From Betaproteobacteria bacterium (GTDB taxonomy: Bacteria > Pseudomonadota > Gammaproteobacteria > Burkholderiales > SG8-41): 64,000 nucleotides of DNA. The notes below the pieces were generated by a model. The model was not told where the DNA came from. It searched no databases and worked only from the letters and a program-made list of their open reading frames with translations. The stretch is from contig JAOTTL010000001.1 in assembly GCA_029864385.1 (NCBI GenBank), forward strand, positions 101 to 64,100, written 5' to 3'. Position numbers and translations under genes: made by a program. Shown piece after piece: positions 52,356 to 61,655 of the stretch; position 1 is the stretch's first letter, and each line of letters opens with the position of its first letter.

Positions 52356-53096
52356 ATGACGTTTGAATTTGAAGAGCTGGACTACCAGGAAACCCTGCTG
52401 GGTAAAATCAGTCTCAGGCGCCGGGCGGAACCCAAACTCGAAGGGGAAATTCTCTACGAGGTGAAGCTCGGCGACGAGTTCCTGATGTCCAGCCTGTTTA
52501 CCAAGGCCGAGATTCAGCTTGCGAGACTCGGGCTCGCCGAGCTTGAAGGTACCGGCCTGGACATCGTGGTCGGCGGATTGGGTCTGGGCTATACAGCGGT
52601 TGCGGCTCTGGAAGACCCGTCAGTCAGGTCGCTCATGGTCGTTGAGGTGATGGAACCGGTTATCAACTGGCACCGTCGGGGCCTCGTACCGCTTGGGAAG
52701 AAATTGGTGTCGGACCCCCGTTGCACTCTTGTCCATGCCGACTTTTTTGAAGTTGCATCATCATCAGGCGGCGGATTCGATCGCGCAGCCCCGACCCAGC
52801 TGATTCACGCTGTGTTGCTGGATATTGATCATTCACCCAGCCATTGGCTTAACCCGGGAAACAGCGCTTTTTATACGGCGCCGGGGCTTCGGAACCTGGC
52901 TGACAAGCTCCATCCCGGCGGAATCTTCGGGCTGTGGTCCAACGATCCGCCGGATGCAGAATTCACTCGTCTGCTCGATACCGTATTCCAGTCTTCCGAG
53001 TCTCATATTGTGACCTTTCCGAACCCCTATTCGGGCGGGGAGTCGTCCAACACGGTCTACCTCGCCCACAAGAGAAAATCTACCCGTCTCCCATGA
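52356..53096 (+). CDS. spermidine synthase-like SAM-dependent methyltransferase-fold protein
   Basis: DIVVGGLGLGYTAVAAL, VVEVMEPVINW, LLDIDHSP pattern typical of spermine/spermidine-synthase-like proteins. Confidence 0.65.
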   Translation: MTFEFEELDYQETLLGKISLRRRAEPKLEGEILYEVKLGDEFLMSSLFTKAEIQLARLGLAELEGTGLDIVVGGLGLGYTAVAALEDPSVRSLMVVEVMEPVINWHRRGLVPLGKKLVSDPRCTLVHADFFEVASSSGGGFDRAAPTQLIHAVLLDIDHSPSHWLNPGNSAFYTAPGLRNLADKLHPGGIFGLWSNDPPDAEFTRLLDTVFQSSESHIVTFPNPYSGGESSNTVYLAHKRKSTRLP

Positions 53097-53482
53097 ATCA
53101 AGCCTCAATTAACCCCCACTTCATCACGTCACAAGTTTTCCGGGCTCTTGCTGTTTTTGTCGCGGTCTTCCTGGCGGCCACGCCCGCGCCGGCAAAGCGC
53201 GCCGCCCCCAAGCCTGTCCAACCGGTCGTCGCCAACTCAGTCAAGTATTCAGCGCCGCACGAGCATATGGGTTTCGTTGTCGCGACCGACACCAGCAGCC
53301 ACAAGGAGCTTTGGCGCGAGCGTATCTACGCAGTTCGCATCAACCCGACGTTGGAGCGAGATGTTCAGGATGTATTCATCACCTCTCTTTCTATCGAGCG
53401 CGGAGCACTTATGATCACCAACGAGCGGGGAGACAGGTACACCCTTGACCTTGCCACGCGCCAGGTCACCAAGCGTAAATGA
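53093..53482 (+). CDS. hypothetical secreted protein
   Basis: ATGA overlap with the upstream stop. Signal/anchor FRALAVFVAVFLAATPAPA. 129 aa, no family recognised. Confidence 0.45.
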   Translation: MNQASINPHFITSQVFRALAVFVAVFLAATPAPAKRAAPKPVQPVVANSVKYSAPHEHMGFVVATDTSSHKELWRERIYAVRINPTLERDVQDVFITSLSIERGALMITNERGDRYTLDLATRQVTKRK

Positions 53483-53579
53483 CCGCAACGCCTAACCCTG
53501 CGCTGAATGGTGTCGGCGCACGCGACATCAGTGAGGTCCCAAGTGCTCGCGTCCCGAGCTAAGAGTCACCAGTCACGCC

Positions 53580-54077
53580 CTATTTGCTTGTGCCGCGGGC
53601 TCGGCAATTGAACGGAAGATAGCTTACGGGAATATTGGTTCTGTTTTTTTCCTTGACCGTCATTTTGCCGGGGCCCGCGGCGTTTCCGCACACCCATGCA
53701 ATAGGGACGATTGGCGCGTCGGGGACGATGGCCGGGCGTATGCTGAGCGTCTTGCCCATGATCTGCCCGTTCGCGCTGTTGCCGAAGGTGATGTGAATCG
53801 CGCCGTCCTGCACCAAGGTCGCGCGGATGTAGTTGCTGACGATCTTGTCGGCGGCCGGCAGACCGGCCGACTTGTTGTCGCGCGGGAACGCCTGAACGGC
53901 CGACCAGGAAGCCTCGACCCGTTTTTTCGCGATGTCGGCCAGGGGCAAGGCTTCCACGATCTGATCCCGGATAAACTTGTCCTGATAGGTGGGTACCAAC
54001 ATCAACGCCAGGATTGCGATGATCGCCATGACGATCATCACCTCAATCAGGGTGAATCCGTGATGCGGTGTCTTCAT
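53580..54077 (-). CDS. type IV pilin (prepilin-type N-terminal cleavage/methylation domain)
   Basis: MKTPHHG/FTLIEVMIVMAIIAILALMLVPTY class III signal. C-terminal Cys pair (WVCGN...FNC). Confidence 0.85.
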   Translation of the reverse strand: MKTPHHGFTLIEVMIVMAIIAILALMLVPTYQDKFIRDQIVEALPLADIAKKRVEASWSAVQAFPRDNKSAGLPAADKIVSNYIRATLVQDGAIHITFGNSANGQIMGKTLSIRPAIVPDAPIVPIAWVCGNAAGPGKMTVKEKNRTNIPVSYLPFNCRARGTSK

Positions 54078-54116
54078 CTACCGGCCGGGATCCGTTGATT
54101 AGGGAATCATATTGGG

Positions 54117-54194
54117 AAAACGGGGTCAGTGTAGCTTTGTTGCCCACAGTGGGGAAGCGGGGTCACAGGGACGTAAGCTTTACACTGACCCATT
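54117..54194. repeat. doublet of second REP-like family (AAAACGGGGTCAGTGTAGCTTTG ... AAGCTTTACACTGACCCATT)
   Basis: Imperfect inverted arms, between the divergent pilin gene and the 478-aa gene. Confidence 0.7.
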
Positions 54195-54241
54195 GACCCA
54201 CGATGCCGGACAAACGATGACCACTTCTTGATTGAGTGCTC

Positions 54242-55678
54242 ATGAATTCAATCACTGTCGCACTCGCCAAACTAATCGTCGCGCTCGCGATCGCCACGGG
54301 CGCCTGGTGGTTCGCCGCCGGGCAGGGCTGGATTCCTGGTCGGCTGGATTCACCGCGTGCTGAGAACTTCAAGCGCGCGATCGACCAACACCTCGAACTC
54401 GAGGCCGGGCCGACTTCGCGCGCCTGTGCGCGGCTGCGCCTGCGGCAGCCGGCGGACGGCATGGGCCCGCCGGGGGTGCGCTTTGACTGGACGCCGGCAG
54501 GCTTTGCCATCACCGTCGACGAGCGGCGCGAGCCGCAGCCGCAACTCGCGCGCCAGATTGCGCTCCTCGCCGCGCAGGGATTCTTCGATGCCAAGCCGCT
54601 CGAGGACGGCGCCATCGACTACGCGCTGACATGGAAAGGCTTTGCCGCTTCGCCGCGACAGGGCTGCTTCGAGATCGCGGGCAGGGATTACGACGCCGAG
54701 GTACTCTCGTTCAAGCGCAAGGAAAAGGCGGGTGATGTCACGCTCTACGAGGTGATCGCGCGCCCCACGCTGGGCGGTGTCGCCGCATGGGCGCAGACGC
54801 CCGAATTTCGCGAGGCCTTCGGTGAGCAAACGCTCCGCCGCACGCTCGAGCCCGAGCCGGTAGCCTTCGAGCTCGCGCGCATCGAAGGCGGATTCGACGT
54901 GCTCATGATGCGCGGCCGCCCGCGCCAGCGCGGCGCGATGGATCCCCTGCTCGCGAGCCGCCTCGCGGGCGAGTTCACCGCCGAGCGTCTGCGCGGCGCG
55001 ATCAATACTTGGCTGAGCGGCCGCGGCGCGCAGAGCGCCCGCGTCTGCCTGCAACTGCCGCGCGCGAATGAGGCGGACGAAACCACGATTCGCCGTGCGC
55101 GCCGAACGCGCGCGGCGCAGGACGAACAGATCACCTACACCTTTTACAACCTGCTCACGCGCCGGGGTCGCGCGGAGGAGCGCGTGCTGACCGGCTACCA
55201 GAGCTTGCGCACGCTCGAATCGCTCGGCCTGGCGAAATCCGAATTGTTAGCGGCCGAAGAATTCAAGGGCAGCCCCGCTGCGGGCGCCGTACGCTTCACG
55301 CTGTCGCCCGAGTTCGCCGAGCGCATCGTGGCCGACGGGCGCAGCTGTGTCCCGGTCGGGACGGTGCAGCTCGACGACCTGCTGCGCTTCGACCCGATTA
55401 GCGCCTCGAACCCGATGCCGCAGTTCAATGCGCGTGTCGCGCTGAAGGCCTACGACGCGCAGGCCGAAGCCTTGATCAAGGCTTATCCTCACCTTGCGCG
55501 CCTGCAGGCCGTCGGCGGCGCATTGCGCGGCTTGGTTTACTACAGGGACCGCAGCATCGAGGTGAGGTCCGCGCAGCTCATGCTGCCCCATTACCAACCC
55601 GACCTGAGTGGTGTGGTGCCGCCGACGGTCGATGGACCCGCGGCGGTGCAGATCGGGCCGCCCGCGCAGAAACCGTGA
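54242..55678 (+). CDS. hypothetical membrane-anchored protein
   Basis: About 478 aa with one N-terminal TM (ITVALAKLIVALAIATGAWWFAA). No recognisable domain. The stop TGA lies inside GTGACGG. GTG 54236 is an alternative start. Confidence 0.5.
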   Translation: MNSITVALAKLIVALAIATGAWWFAAGQGWIPGRLDSPRAENFKRAIDQHLELEAGPTSRACARLRLRQPADGMGPPGVRFDWTPAGFAITVDERREPQPQLARQIALLAAQGFFDAKPLEDGAIDYALTWKGFAASPRQGCFEIAGRDYDAEVLSFKRKEKAGDVTLYEVIARPTLGGVAAWAQTPEFREAFGEQTLRRTLEPEPVAFELARIEGGFDVLMMRGRPRQRGAMDPLLASRLAGEFTAERLRGAINTWLSGRGAQSARVCLQLPRANEADETTIRRARRTRAAQDEQITYTFYNLLTRRGRAEERVLTGYQSLRTLESLGLAKSELLAAEEFKGSPAAGAVRFTLSPEFAERIVADGRSCVPVGTVQLDDLLRFDPISASNPMPQFNARVALKAYDAQAEALIKAYPHLARLQAVGGALRGLVYYRDRSIEVRSAQLMLPHYQPDLSGVVPPTVDGPAAVQIGPPAQKP

Positions 55679-55714
55679 CGGCTGACGGCGGCTTAAGAGG
55701 TGACGGGTGACGGG
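55675..55714 (+). repeat. GTGACGG-type words spanning a stop codon and the next putative start
   Basis: CGTGACGGCTGACGGCGGCTTAAGAGGTGACGGGTGACGGGG. TGA 55676-78 ends the upstream ORF. GTG 55707 is the track start of the next ORF. Confidence 0.7.
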
Positions 55715-56525
55715 GCCGCTATTAACGGTAAAAGTTCACGAAACATTGCGCGCTGCTGCGCGCGCCGGTGCGCCGACGATTGAGTGCTCGCTCGACTTGG
55801 ATCGTTCGACGACGACGGTCGAGGCGGGCGTTGCAGGATGGGTCTGGCAAGGCAACCGATTCCCCTATCTGGAAATCTGTAAGGACAGAACCATTTACCA
55901 CTGGGTTAGCGAGACCTTTCAGCCGGTGGCGCGGTTCACAACGTCACTGATCAAGTTGGTGCCGACGAAGTGGGGGCCGCCGACGTTCGAAATCGATGGC
56001 ATCAAGATGTTACCCACGGCGCAAGTCTCGCCCTATGCGGATGCCGAACGCAAAGTCGGCTTGATTCAACCGCGTGGCAAGGTGATCTTGGACACCTGTG
56101 GCGGCCTTGGCTATTTCGCCGCTTGGTGTTTGGTGGGTCAGGCCAAACAAGTGCTTTCTTACGAGAAGAATCCCGACGTGTTTTGGCTGCGCAGCCTCAA
56201 TCCCTGGTCGCCTGAGCTTGGCGGTAGATTGACGTTAACCCAGGGCGACATTGCCGAGCAGATTGCCATGCTGCCCAGTGGGTCGGTCCATGCGGTTTTG
56301 CACGATCCGCCGCGTTTCGGTATCGCCGGAGAACTTTACTCACAAGTCTTTTATGACCACCTGGCCAGGGTCCTCAAGCGCAAAGGCAAGCTGTTTCATT
56401 ACACCGGCGCGCCGAACAAACTCACCAGCGGACGCGAAGTGCCTAACGAAGTCGCGAAACGTTTGCGGCACGCCGGGTTTGTCGCGGAGTTGAATGGCGA
56501 TGGGGTGTTGGCGGTGAAGCAGTGA
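55707..56525 (+). CDS. class I SAM-dependent methyltransferase
   Basis: VILDTCGGLGYFAAW (motif I) and VLHDPPRF (motif IV-like). The GTG start codon lies inside a GTGACGG repeat unit, so the start is uncertain. Confidence 0.6.
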   Translation: MTGPLLTVKVHETLRAAARAGAPTIECSLDLDRSTTTVEAGVAGWVWQGNRFPYLEICKDRTIYHWVSETFQPVARFTTSLIKLVPTKWGPPTFEIDGIKMLPTAQVSPYADAERKVGLIQPRGKVILDTCGGLGYFAAWCLVGQAKQVLSYEKNPDVFWLRSLNPWSPELGGRLTLTQGDIAEQIAMLPSGSVHAVLHDPPRFGIAGELYSQVFYDHLARVLKRKGKLFHYTGAPNKLTSGREVPNEVAKRLRHAGFVAELNGDGVLAVKQ

Positions 56526-56572
56526 GTGCGGATATCGCGGTATGATGCGCGGCCAATCCCCACGGGTCACGC

Positions 56573-57784
56573 ATGGATTTCGACGTCATTGTCCTGGGTG
56601 CCGGCGCCGCCGGCATGATGTGCGCTGCGGTTGCCGGCCGGCGCGGACGGCGCGTGCTGCTGGTCGAGCACGCCGCCCCACTCGGCGAGAAGATCCGCAT
56701 CTCGGGCGGCGGGCGCTGCAACTTCACTAACCTGCACAGCCGGCCGGAGGCCTTTCTCTCACGCAATCCCCATTTTTGCCGCTCGGCGCTAGCGCGCTAC
56801 ACCCCGCACGACTTCACGACTCTGGTCGAGCGCCACGGCATCCGCTATCACGAGAAGACCCTCGGCCAGTTGTTCTGCGACGATAGCGCGGTGCAAATCA
56901 TCACCATGCTCAGGGGCGAGTGCGATGTGGCGGGCGCGCACTGGGCGATGCCGGTGAAGGTGAAACGCGTGGCGCGGTACGAGGGCGGGGACGCGCCGGG
57001 TTTCGAGGTCGCGACGACGCAGGGGAGCTTCCGCGCCCGCGCGATGGTGGTGGCGACGGGCGGCCTGTCGATCCCGAAGATCGGTGCGACGCCGCTCGGC
57101 TACCGCATCGCCGAACAATTCGGCCTGCCAGTGGTGACGCCGAAACCCGCGCTGGTGCCGCTCGCGGCGCCGCCGGAGTGGTTGGCACAGTTCGGGGATC
57201 TGTCCGGGGCGTCGTTCGATGCGATCGCTTCCTGCGCTGAAGCGCCGCGCGGCTCGGAGTGGCCGCCGTTTCACGAGGCGGCGCTGATCACGCATCGCGG
57301 CCTGTCGGGGCCGGCGATCCTGCAGGTGTCGTCGTACTGGCAGCTCGGGGGCGGGCGCGGCCCGGTGGTGCTCGATTTGCTGCCCGGGCGCGACGCGGGC
57401 GCCTGGCTGGCGAAGCATCGCCGCGATCACCAGGTGCTCGGCGCGCTGCTCGCGGAGTTCCTGCCGCGCCGCTTCGCGCAAAGCTTCGCGGAGGCGCATG
57501 GCTGGACGCAGCCGCTGGCGCAGCTCTCGAACGCCGTTCTCGAGACGGTCGCGCAGACGCTCAAAGGCTGGCGCATCCTGCCCTCGGGCACGCTGGGCTA
57601 TGCCAAGGCCGAAGTGACGTTGGGCGGCGTGGATACAGACGCGCTCTCGCAACAGACCCTGGAATCGCGTAGCGTGCCTGGCCTGTACTTTATCGGCGAG
57701 GTGGTCGATGTCACCGGCTGGCTCGGCGGCTACAATTTCCAGTGGGCGTGGTCGTCCGGTCATGCCGCAGGCACGGCGGTGTAA
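56573..57784 (+). CDS. NAD(P)/FAD-dependent oxidoreductase, HI0933/BaiN-like flavoprotein
   Basis: MDFDVIVLGAGAAGMMCA dinucleotide-binding motif, GEKIRISGGGRCNFTN, and C-terminal GEVVDVTGWLGGYNFQWAWSSG, all typical of the HI0933 family. Confidence 0.85.
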   Translation: MDFDVIVLGAGAAGMMCAAVAGRRGRRVLLVEHAAPLGEKIRISGGGRCNFTNLHSRPEAFLSRNPHFCRSALARYTPHDFTTLVERHGIRYHEKTLGQLFCDDSAVQIITMLRGECDVAGAHWAMPVKVKRVARYEGGDAPGFEVATTQGSFRARAMVVATGGLSIPKIGATPLGYRIAEQFGLPVVTPKPALVPLAAPPEWLAQFGDLSGASFDAIASCAEAPRGSEWPPFHEAALITHRGLSGPAILQVSSYWQLGGGRGPVVLDLLPGRDAGAWLAKHRRDHQVLGALLAEFLPRRFAQSFAEAHGWTQPLAQLSNAVLETVAQTLKGWRILPSGTLGYAKAEVTLGGVDTDALSQQTLESRSVPGLYFIGEVVDVTGWLGGYNFQWAWSSGHAAGTAV

Positions 57785-57789
57785 CTTCA

Positions 57790-57844
57790 GGGGTCAGACT
57801 CGCCATTCGCTAGCGGAAAATCGCGAAGATTCGAGCCTGGCCCC
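57790..57844. repeat. diverged REPIN-like doublet (GGGGTCAGACTCG ... CGAGCCTGGCCCC)
   Basis: Left arm 57790-57802. Right arm 57828-57844 is an inverted GGGGCCAGGCTCGAATC. Begins 6 nt after stop 57784. Confidence 0.65.
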
Positions 57845-57993
57845 TTTTCTCGGCCCCTTTCTCGTTGGTGTACCCGCGTTCCCGGCCCGGGCAACCGCGG
57901 GGAACGAGGGTGAGGGGGCAAACCCCACTTCCGTTACCCGAACTTCAAAAACGTGGTTCAATCAGCGTCTGCACTTTCTTAGTGGCGGAAACG

Positions 57994-59322
57994 ATGGCGC
58001 TTGGAACAAGAATCACGGACGCGGTATGGCGCTCCAATGAGTCGATGCCGGCTTCGAAGGCGTGGCTGATGCGCGTGGTCCGCATGTTGGTGGTGCTCGT
58101 GCGCGATCTGAGCGAGGGTCAACTCACGCTGCGGGCGATGAGCCTGGTCTACACGACGCTCCTGTCGATCGTGCCGCTGCTCGCTCTGAGCTTCTCAGTT
58201 CTCAAGGGCTTCGGCGTCTACAACCAGATTGAGCCGCTGCTGCTGACGTTTCTCGAGCCGCTCGGCGAGAAGGGGGTGGAGATCACCGAGCGCATCATAC
58301 AGTTCATCGCGAACATGAACGTCGGTGTGCTGGGTTCGGTTGGTCTCGCGCTTCTGATCTACACGGCGGTATCGCTCGTGCAGAAGATCGAGGAGGCGTT
58401 CAATTTCATCTGGCACATCGCGCAGCCGCGGCGCTTCGGGGAGCGCTTCAGCCGCTATCTCACCATGCTCCTGGTGGGGCCGATCCTGGTGTTCGCGGCC
58501 TTGGGCATCACCGCGAGCGTGATGAGCGCCGAGGTGGTGCGCGGCGTGGTGGCGATCGAGCCGTTCGGCCAGGTGGTTTACGCGGCGGGACGGCTCGTGC
58601 CCTATGTGCTGGTGATCGGAGCGTTCACGTTTGCCTACATCTTCATCCCCAACGCCAAAGTCCGTCTGGGACCGGCCCTGGTGGGCGGCTTCGTCGGCGG
58701 CATCCTGTGGCAGACGGCCGGCTGGGCCTTTGCCGAGTTCGTCGCGTTATCGGGCAAGTACACCGCCATCTATTCGAGCCTTGCGATCCTGATTCTCTTC
58801 ATGATCTGGCTCTATCTGAGCTGGCTGATTCTGCTCTTCGGCGCGAGCGTCGCGTTCTACTACGAGCACCCTGAATACCTGGTCGCCCTCGGCGGGGAGC
58901 CGCAATTGAGCAACCGGATGCGGGAGCGCCTCGCGCTGGGGACGATGAGCCTGATCGCCGGCCGTTTCGTTTACGGCAAGCCGCCGCTCGCCGCAGTGGA
59001 GCTCTCGCGCCTGCTCAACACGCCGTTGAACGCGGTGCAGAACGTGCTCGACACCCTGGAGCGTAACGCCCTCGTCAGCGTCAACGCCGGCGATCCTCCG
59101 GCGTATTCGCCGGCGCGCGACGTATCGACGATCTCGGTGAGACACCTGCTCGACGTCGTGCGCGCGGCGGGCGAGAAGGGCTACTTCTCGGGTGCCGAGC
59201 TGCCGGTGCCACGGCAGGTCGAGCGGGCGCTTGCCCGGCTCGAAGCGGCCGCGGGCGCCTCGGTCGAGCATCTGAGCGCCAGGGACCTCGTCGCGGACCC
59301 TGCTGACCCTGCGGGTGAATAG
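57994..59322 (+). CDS. YihY/virulence factor BrkB family membrane protein
   Basis: ATG 57994. LTLRAMSLVYTTLLSIVPLLALSFSVLKGFG and YSSLAILILFMIWLYLSWLILLFGA are hallmarks. Has a C-terminal extension. Confidence 0.8.
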   Translation: MALGTRITDAVWRSNESMPASKAWLMRVVRMLVVLVRDLSEGQLTLRAMSLVYTTLLSIVPLLALSFSVLKGFGVYNQIEPLLLTFLEPLGEKGVEITERIIQFIANMNVGVLGSVGLALLIYTAVSLVQKIEEAFNFIWHIAQPRRFGERFSRYLTMLLVGPILVFAALGITASVMSAEVVRGVVAIEPFGQVVYAAGRLVPYVLVIGAFTFAYIFIPNAKVRLGPALVGGFVGGILWQTAGWAFAEFVALSGKYTAIYSSLAILILFMIWLYLSWLILLFGASVAFYYEHPEYLVALGGEPQLSNRMRERLALGTMSLIAGRFVYGKPPLAAVELSRLLNTPLNAVQNVLDTLERNALVSVNAGDPPAYSPARDVSTISVRHLLDVVRAAGEKGYFSGAELPVPRQVERALARLEAAAGASVEHLSARDLVADPADPAGE

Positions 59323-59369
59323 AAACAATTGGGGACAGGCCCTGTTTACGTCGAGTCGTTTCCGGAAAT

Positions 59370-60404
59370 CTAGTTACGGCGCACTTCGATCGCGTCTTCG
59401 CGCGCCGTGAGCTGTGTTCCGAAAGCGCGACCGTGCCTTTGCAGGTCCTCATAAATCGCCTGCCACAGCGGGTCGCGGCCGGAAAGCAGTCGGGGAGGCG
59501 CGTCGACCCCGGTCTTCGCCGGCAACAAATAGCAATCCCTCAATCCGTCTGATCCGATGGTCGCGCCAAACAGAAACGTCTTCAGCGTTTCGTCGGTAAA
59601 GAACGAAGTCCACGTGTCAAACAGCAGATTCCCAGAGCCATACACGAGGGGACAACCACGATAGAACTCGATCGCTGATATGACATGCTGGTGCCCGCCA
59701 AACACTGCGTGGGCGCCGGCGTCGATCGCCGCTTTTCCGATCTCACGCTGGAAGTCGTGAACGTGAGGCGACATGCTGGTACCCCAATGCACATAGATGA
59801 ACAGGACGTTCACCTGCTTTCTGAAGGTTTCAACATCGTTCCGCAATCCTTGCAGGTGAACGGGATCAGTCCAGCTGACAATATGGGGCGCAGTTCCCGG
59901 ATATTCGAGCAGGCTGCCCTTTGGTTGATAAGCCGTATAGACCTGGAGCGGATTGACACCCGGGCGGTCGGAAGTGGCCGCAAAGCCCGTCGGCAACGTG
60001 GTGGTATAGCCGAGGAAACCGATCCGCAGCCCGTTTTTCTCGACGATGTAGCCTTTCCGCGCCTCATCGAGATTTCGGCCGGCGCCGAAATGACCGATCG
60101 CTTGTCGGTCGACCAGATCGATGGTGTCGAACATCGCATCGACGCCATAGTCGAGCAGGTGATTATTTGCAAGGTTTACGCATGACACGCCGACTTCGGC
60201 GATGCCGTCGATGTTCACCGGCATGCCGCGATGACATATCGCTTTTCCACGCACCGCCTCGCCCCGATTGGATAACGGGAGCTCCAGATTGAAGAAAGAA
60301 AAATCCGCTCGCTGGAATAGCAAAGCGATGTCTCCGAACATTCCCCGGCCGGTCTTGCGGATGGGAGCAACATCGCCGCCGGTCAGAAAGCTTGCATTCA
60401 CCAT
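59370..60404 (-). CDS. CapA family protein (metallophosphatase fold, poly-gamma-glutamate synthesis-like)
   Basis: FFNLELPLS, VSCVNLANNHLLDYG, IYVHWGT, FGGHQHV motifs. Confidence 0.8.
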   Translation of the reverse strand: MVNASFLTGGDVAPIRKTGRGMFGDIALLFQRADFSFFNLELPLSNRGEAVRGKAICHRGMPVNIDGIAEVGVSCVNLANNHLLDYGVDAMFDTIDLVDRQAIGHFGAGRNLDEARKGYIVEKNGLRIGFLGYTTTLPTGFAATSDRPGVNPLQVYTAYQPKGSLLEYPGTAPHIVSWTDPVHLQGLRNDVETFRKQVNVLFIYVHWGTSMSPHVHDFQREIGKAAIDAGAHAVFGGHQHVISAIEFYRGCPLVYGSGNLLFDTWTSFFTDETLKTFLFGATIGSDGLRDCYLLPAKTGVDAPPRLLSGRDPLWQAIYEDLQRHGRAFGTQLTAREDAIEVRRN

Positions 60405-60467
60405 GCGCGGGTTTTCTGTCCGCGTTTATCCGCGGTCAATAAGTTATTTCGATTCCTGAGATACCTA

Positions 60468-61655
60468 TTACTTTAGCAGTCCCTGGACGGATTTCATCCG
60501 CTGCACCGAGTCGCCCGCGATGTGCGTCCAGATGATGGCGTCGCGAACGAGCTTGTCAGCCCCGGCGTGCATAGCCGCGCCGCCGGCATACGCGTGTATC
60601 GCGAGGTTGGCGTAGCACACGCGCTGAATGGCGTCGCTGGCGAAGTTCATCAGGAAATGGCCGTGCGGCGCATGTTGCGCCAGGTCGGCGTCGCTCTCCG
60701 CCGCGAGCCGCATAACGAAGGAACGCAGCGCCTCCGTGTACATGTGCATTTCAGAGAGCTTGAGCTGAATCAGTTGCTGCCCGGCGAGCGGCCGGCCGCC
60801 GCGCCGCCTGGTCCGGGCGCACTGAGTCCCCATCTCAAGCGCGGCGTCGCACACGCCTACGGCGTTGGCGGCGTACTCGAGTTCTCCGAATCTTGCATTC
60901 TTGCCGCCGCGCGCCTTGAGGCCGCCGTTGACTTCCCCCAGAAGATTGGCGTTGGGCACGCGCGCGTTCTCGAAGATGAGCTCCGCGTTCTGGTAGAAAC
61001 GCCAGCCGCTCTTGTCGAACACCTTGCCCACCCGCACGCCCGGGGTGTCGATGGGCACCGCGAAGATGCTGGTGCCGACACCGACCGCGGCGTCGGGGTC
61101 GGTGCGCGTATAAGCGAAGAAGAGTTTTCCGACGTTGGCGTTGGCGATGAAACATTTCTCGCCATTGAGGATCCACTCGTCGCCATGGCGCTCCGCCCGC
61201 AATCGCAGCCCGGACCTGGGTTCGTCCGCGGGCGGCAGGCGGTTGTCGGAACCCGCGTTGGGTTCGGTGATGCCCCCACCCAGGAGAAACGCGTCGTCCG
61301 CCAGGAACGGCTTCAGGAAACGGTCAAGCTGTTCCGGCGTGCAGCGGTCCGCGATCAAATGGCACCACTTCCAGCACTGGCTGAAGGTCTTGGCGATCGC
61401 GCTGTCGCCGCGCGCGAGCTCCGCGATGACCACGGCCTGCGTCACGAAATCGATCCCGTGCCCGCCCCACTCCCGCGGCACGGCCGCGGTGCGAAAGCCG
61501 AGCCTGGACCCCTTCCTGATGATGTCCCAGTCGATCGTCGCGCGTGGATCGGTGATGAGATCGCGCTGCAAGGAGATCGGCCGTATCTCCTCTTCCGCAA
61601 ACCGCCGCGCTTCCATTTGCCAGCCGCGCTGCTCCTCGTTGAGTGAAAAATCCAT
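60468..61655 (-). CDS. acyl-CoA dehydrogenase family protein
   Basis: MDFSLNEEQRGWQMEARRFAEEEI, GGGITEPNAGSD, and the ACAD C-terminal helical domain. The start overlaps the stop of the upstream gene (TGATG). Confidence 0.85.
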   Translation of the reverse strand: MDFSLNEEQRGWQMEARRFAEEEIRPISLQRDLITDPRATIDWDIIRKGSRLGFRTAAVPREWGGHGIDFVTQAVVIAELARGDSAIAKTFSQCWKWCHLIADRCTPEQLDRFLKPFLADDAFLLGGGITEPNAGSDNRLPPADEPRSGLRLRAERHGDEWILNGEKCFIANANVGKLFFAYTRTDPDAAVGVGTSIFAVPIDTPGVRVGKVFDKSGWRFYQNAELIFENARVPNANLLGEVNGGLKARGGKNARFGELEYAANAVGVCDAALEMGTQCARTRRRGGRPLAGQQLIQLKLSEMHMYTEALRSFVMRLAAESDADLAQHAPHGHFLMNFASDAIQRVCYANLAIHAYAGGAAMHAGADKLVRDAIIWTHIAGDSVQRMKSVQGLLK

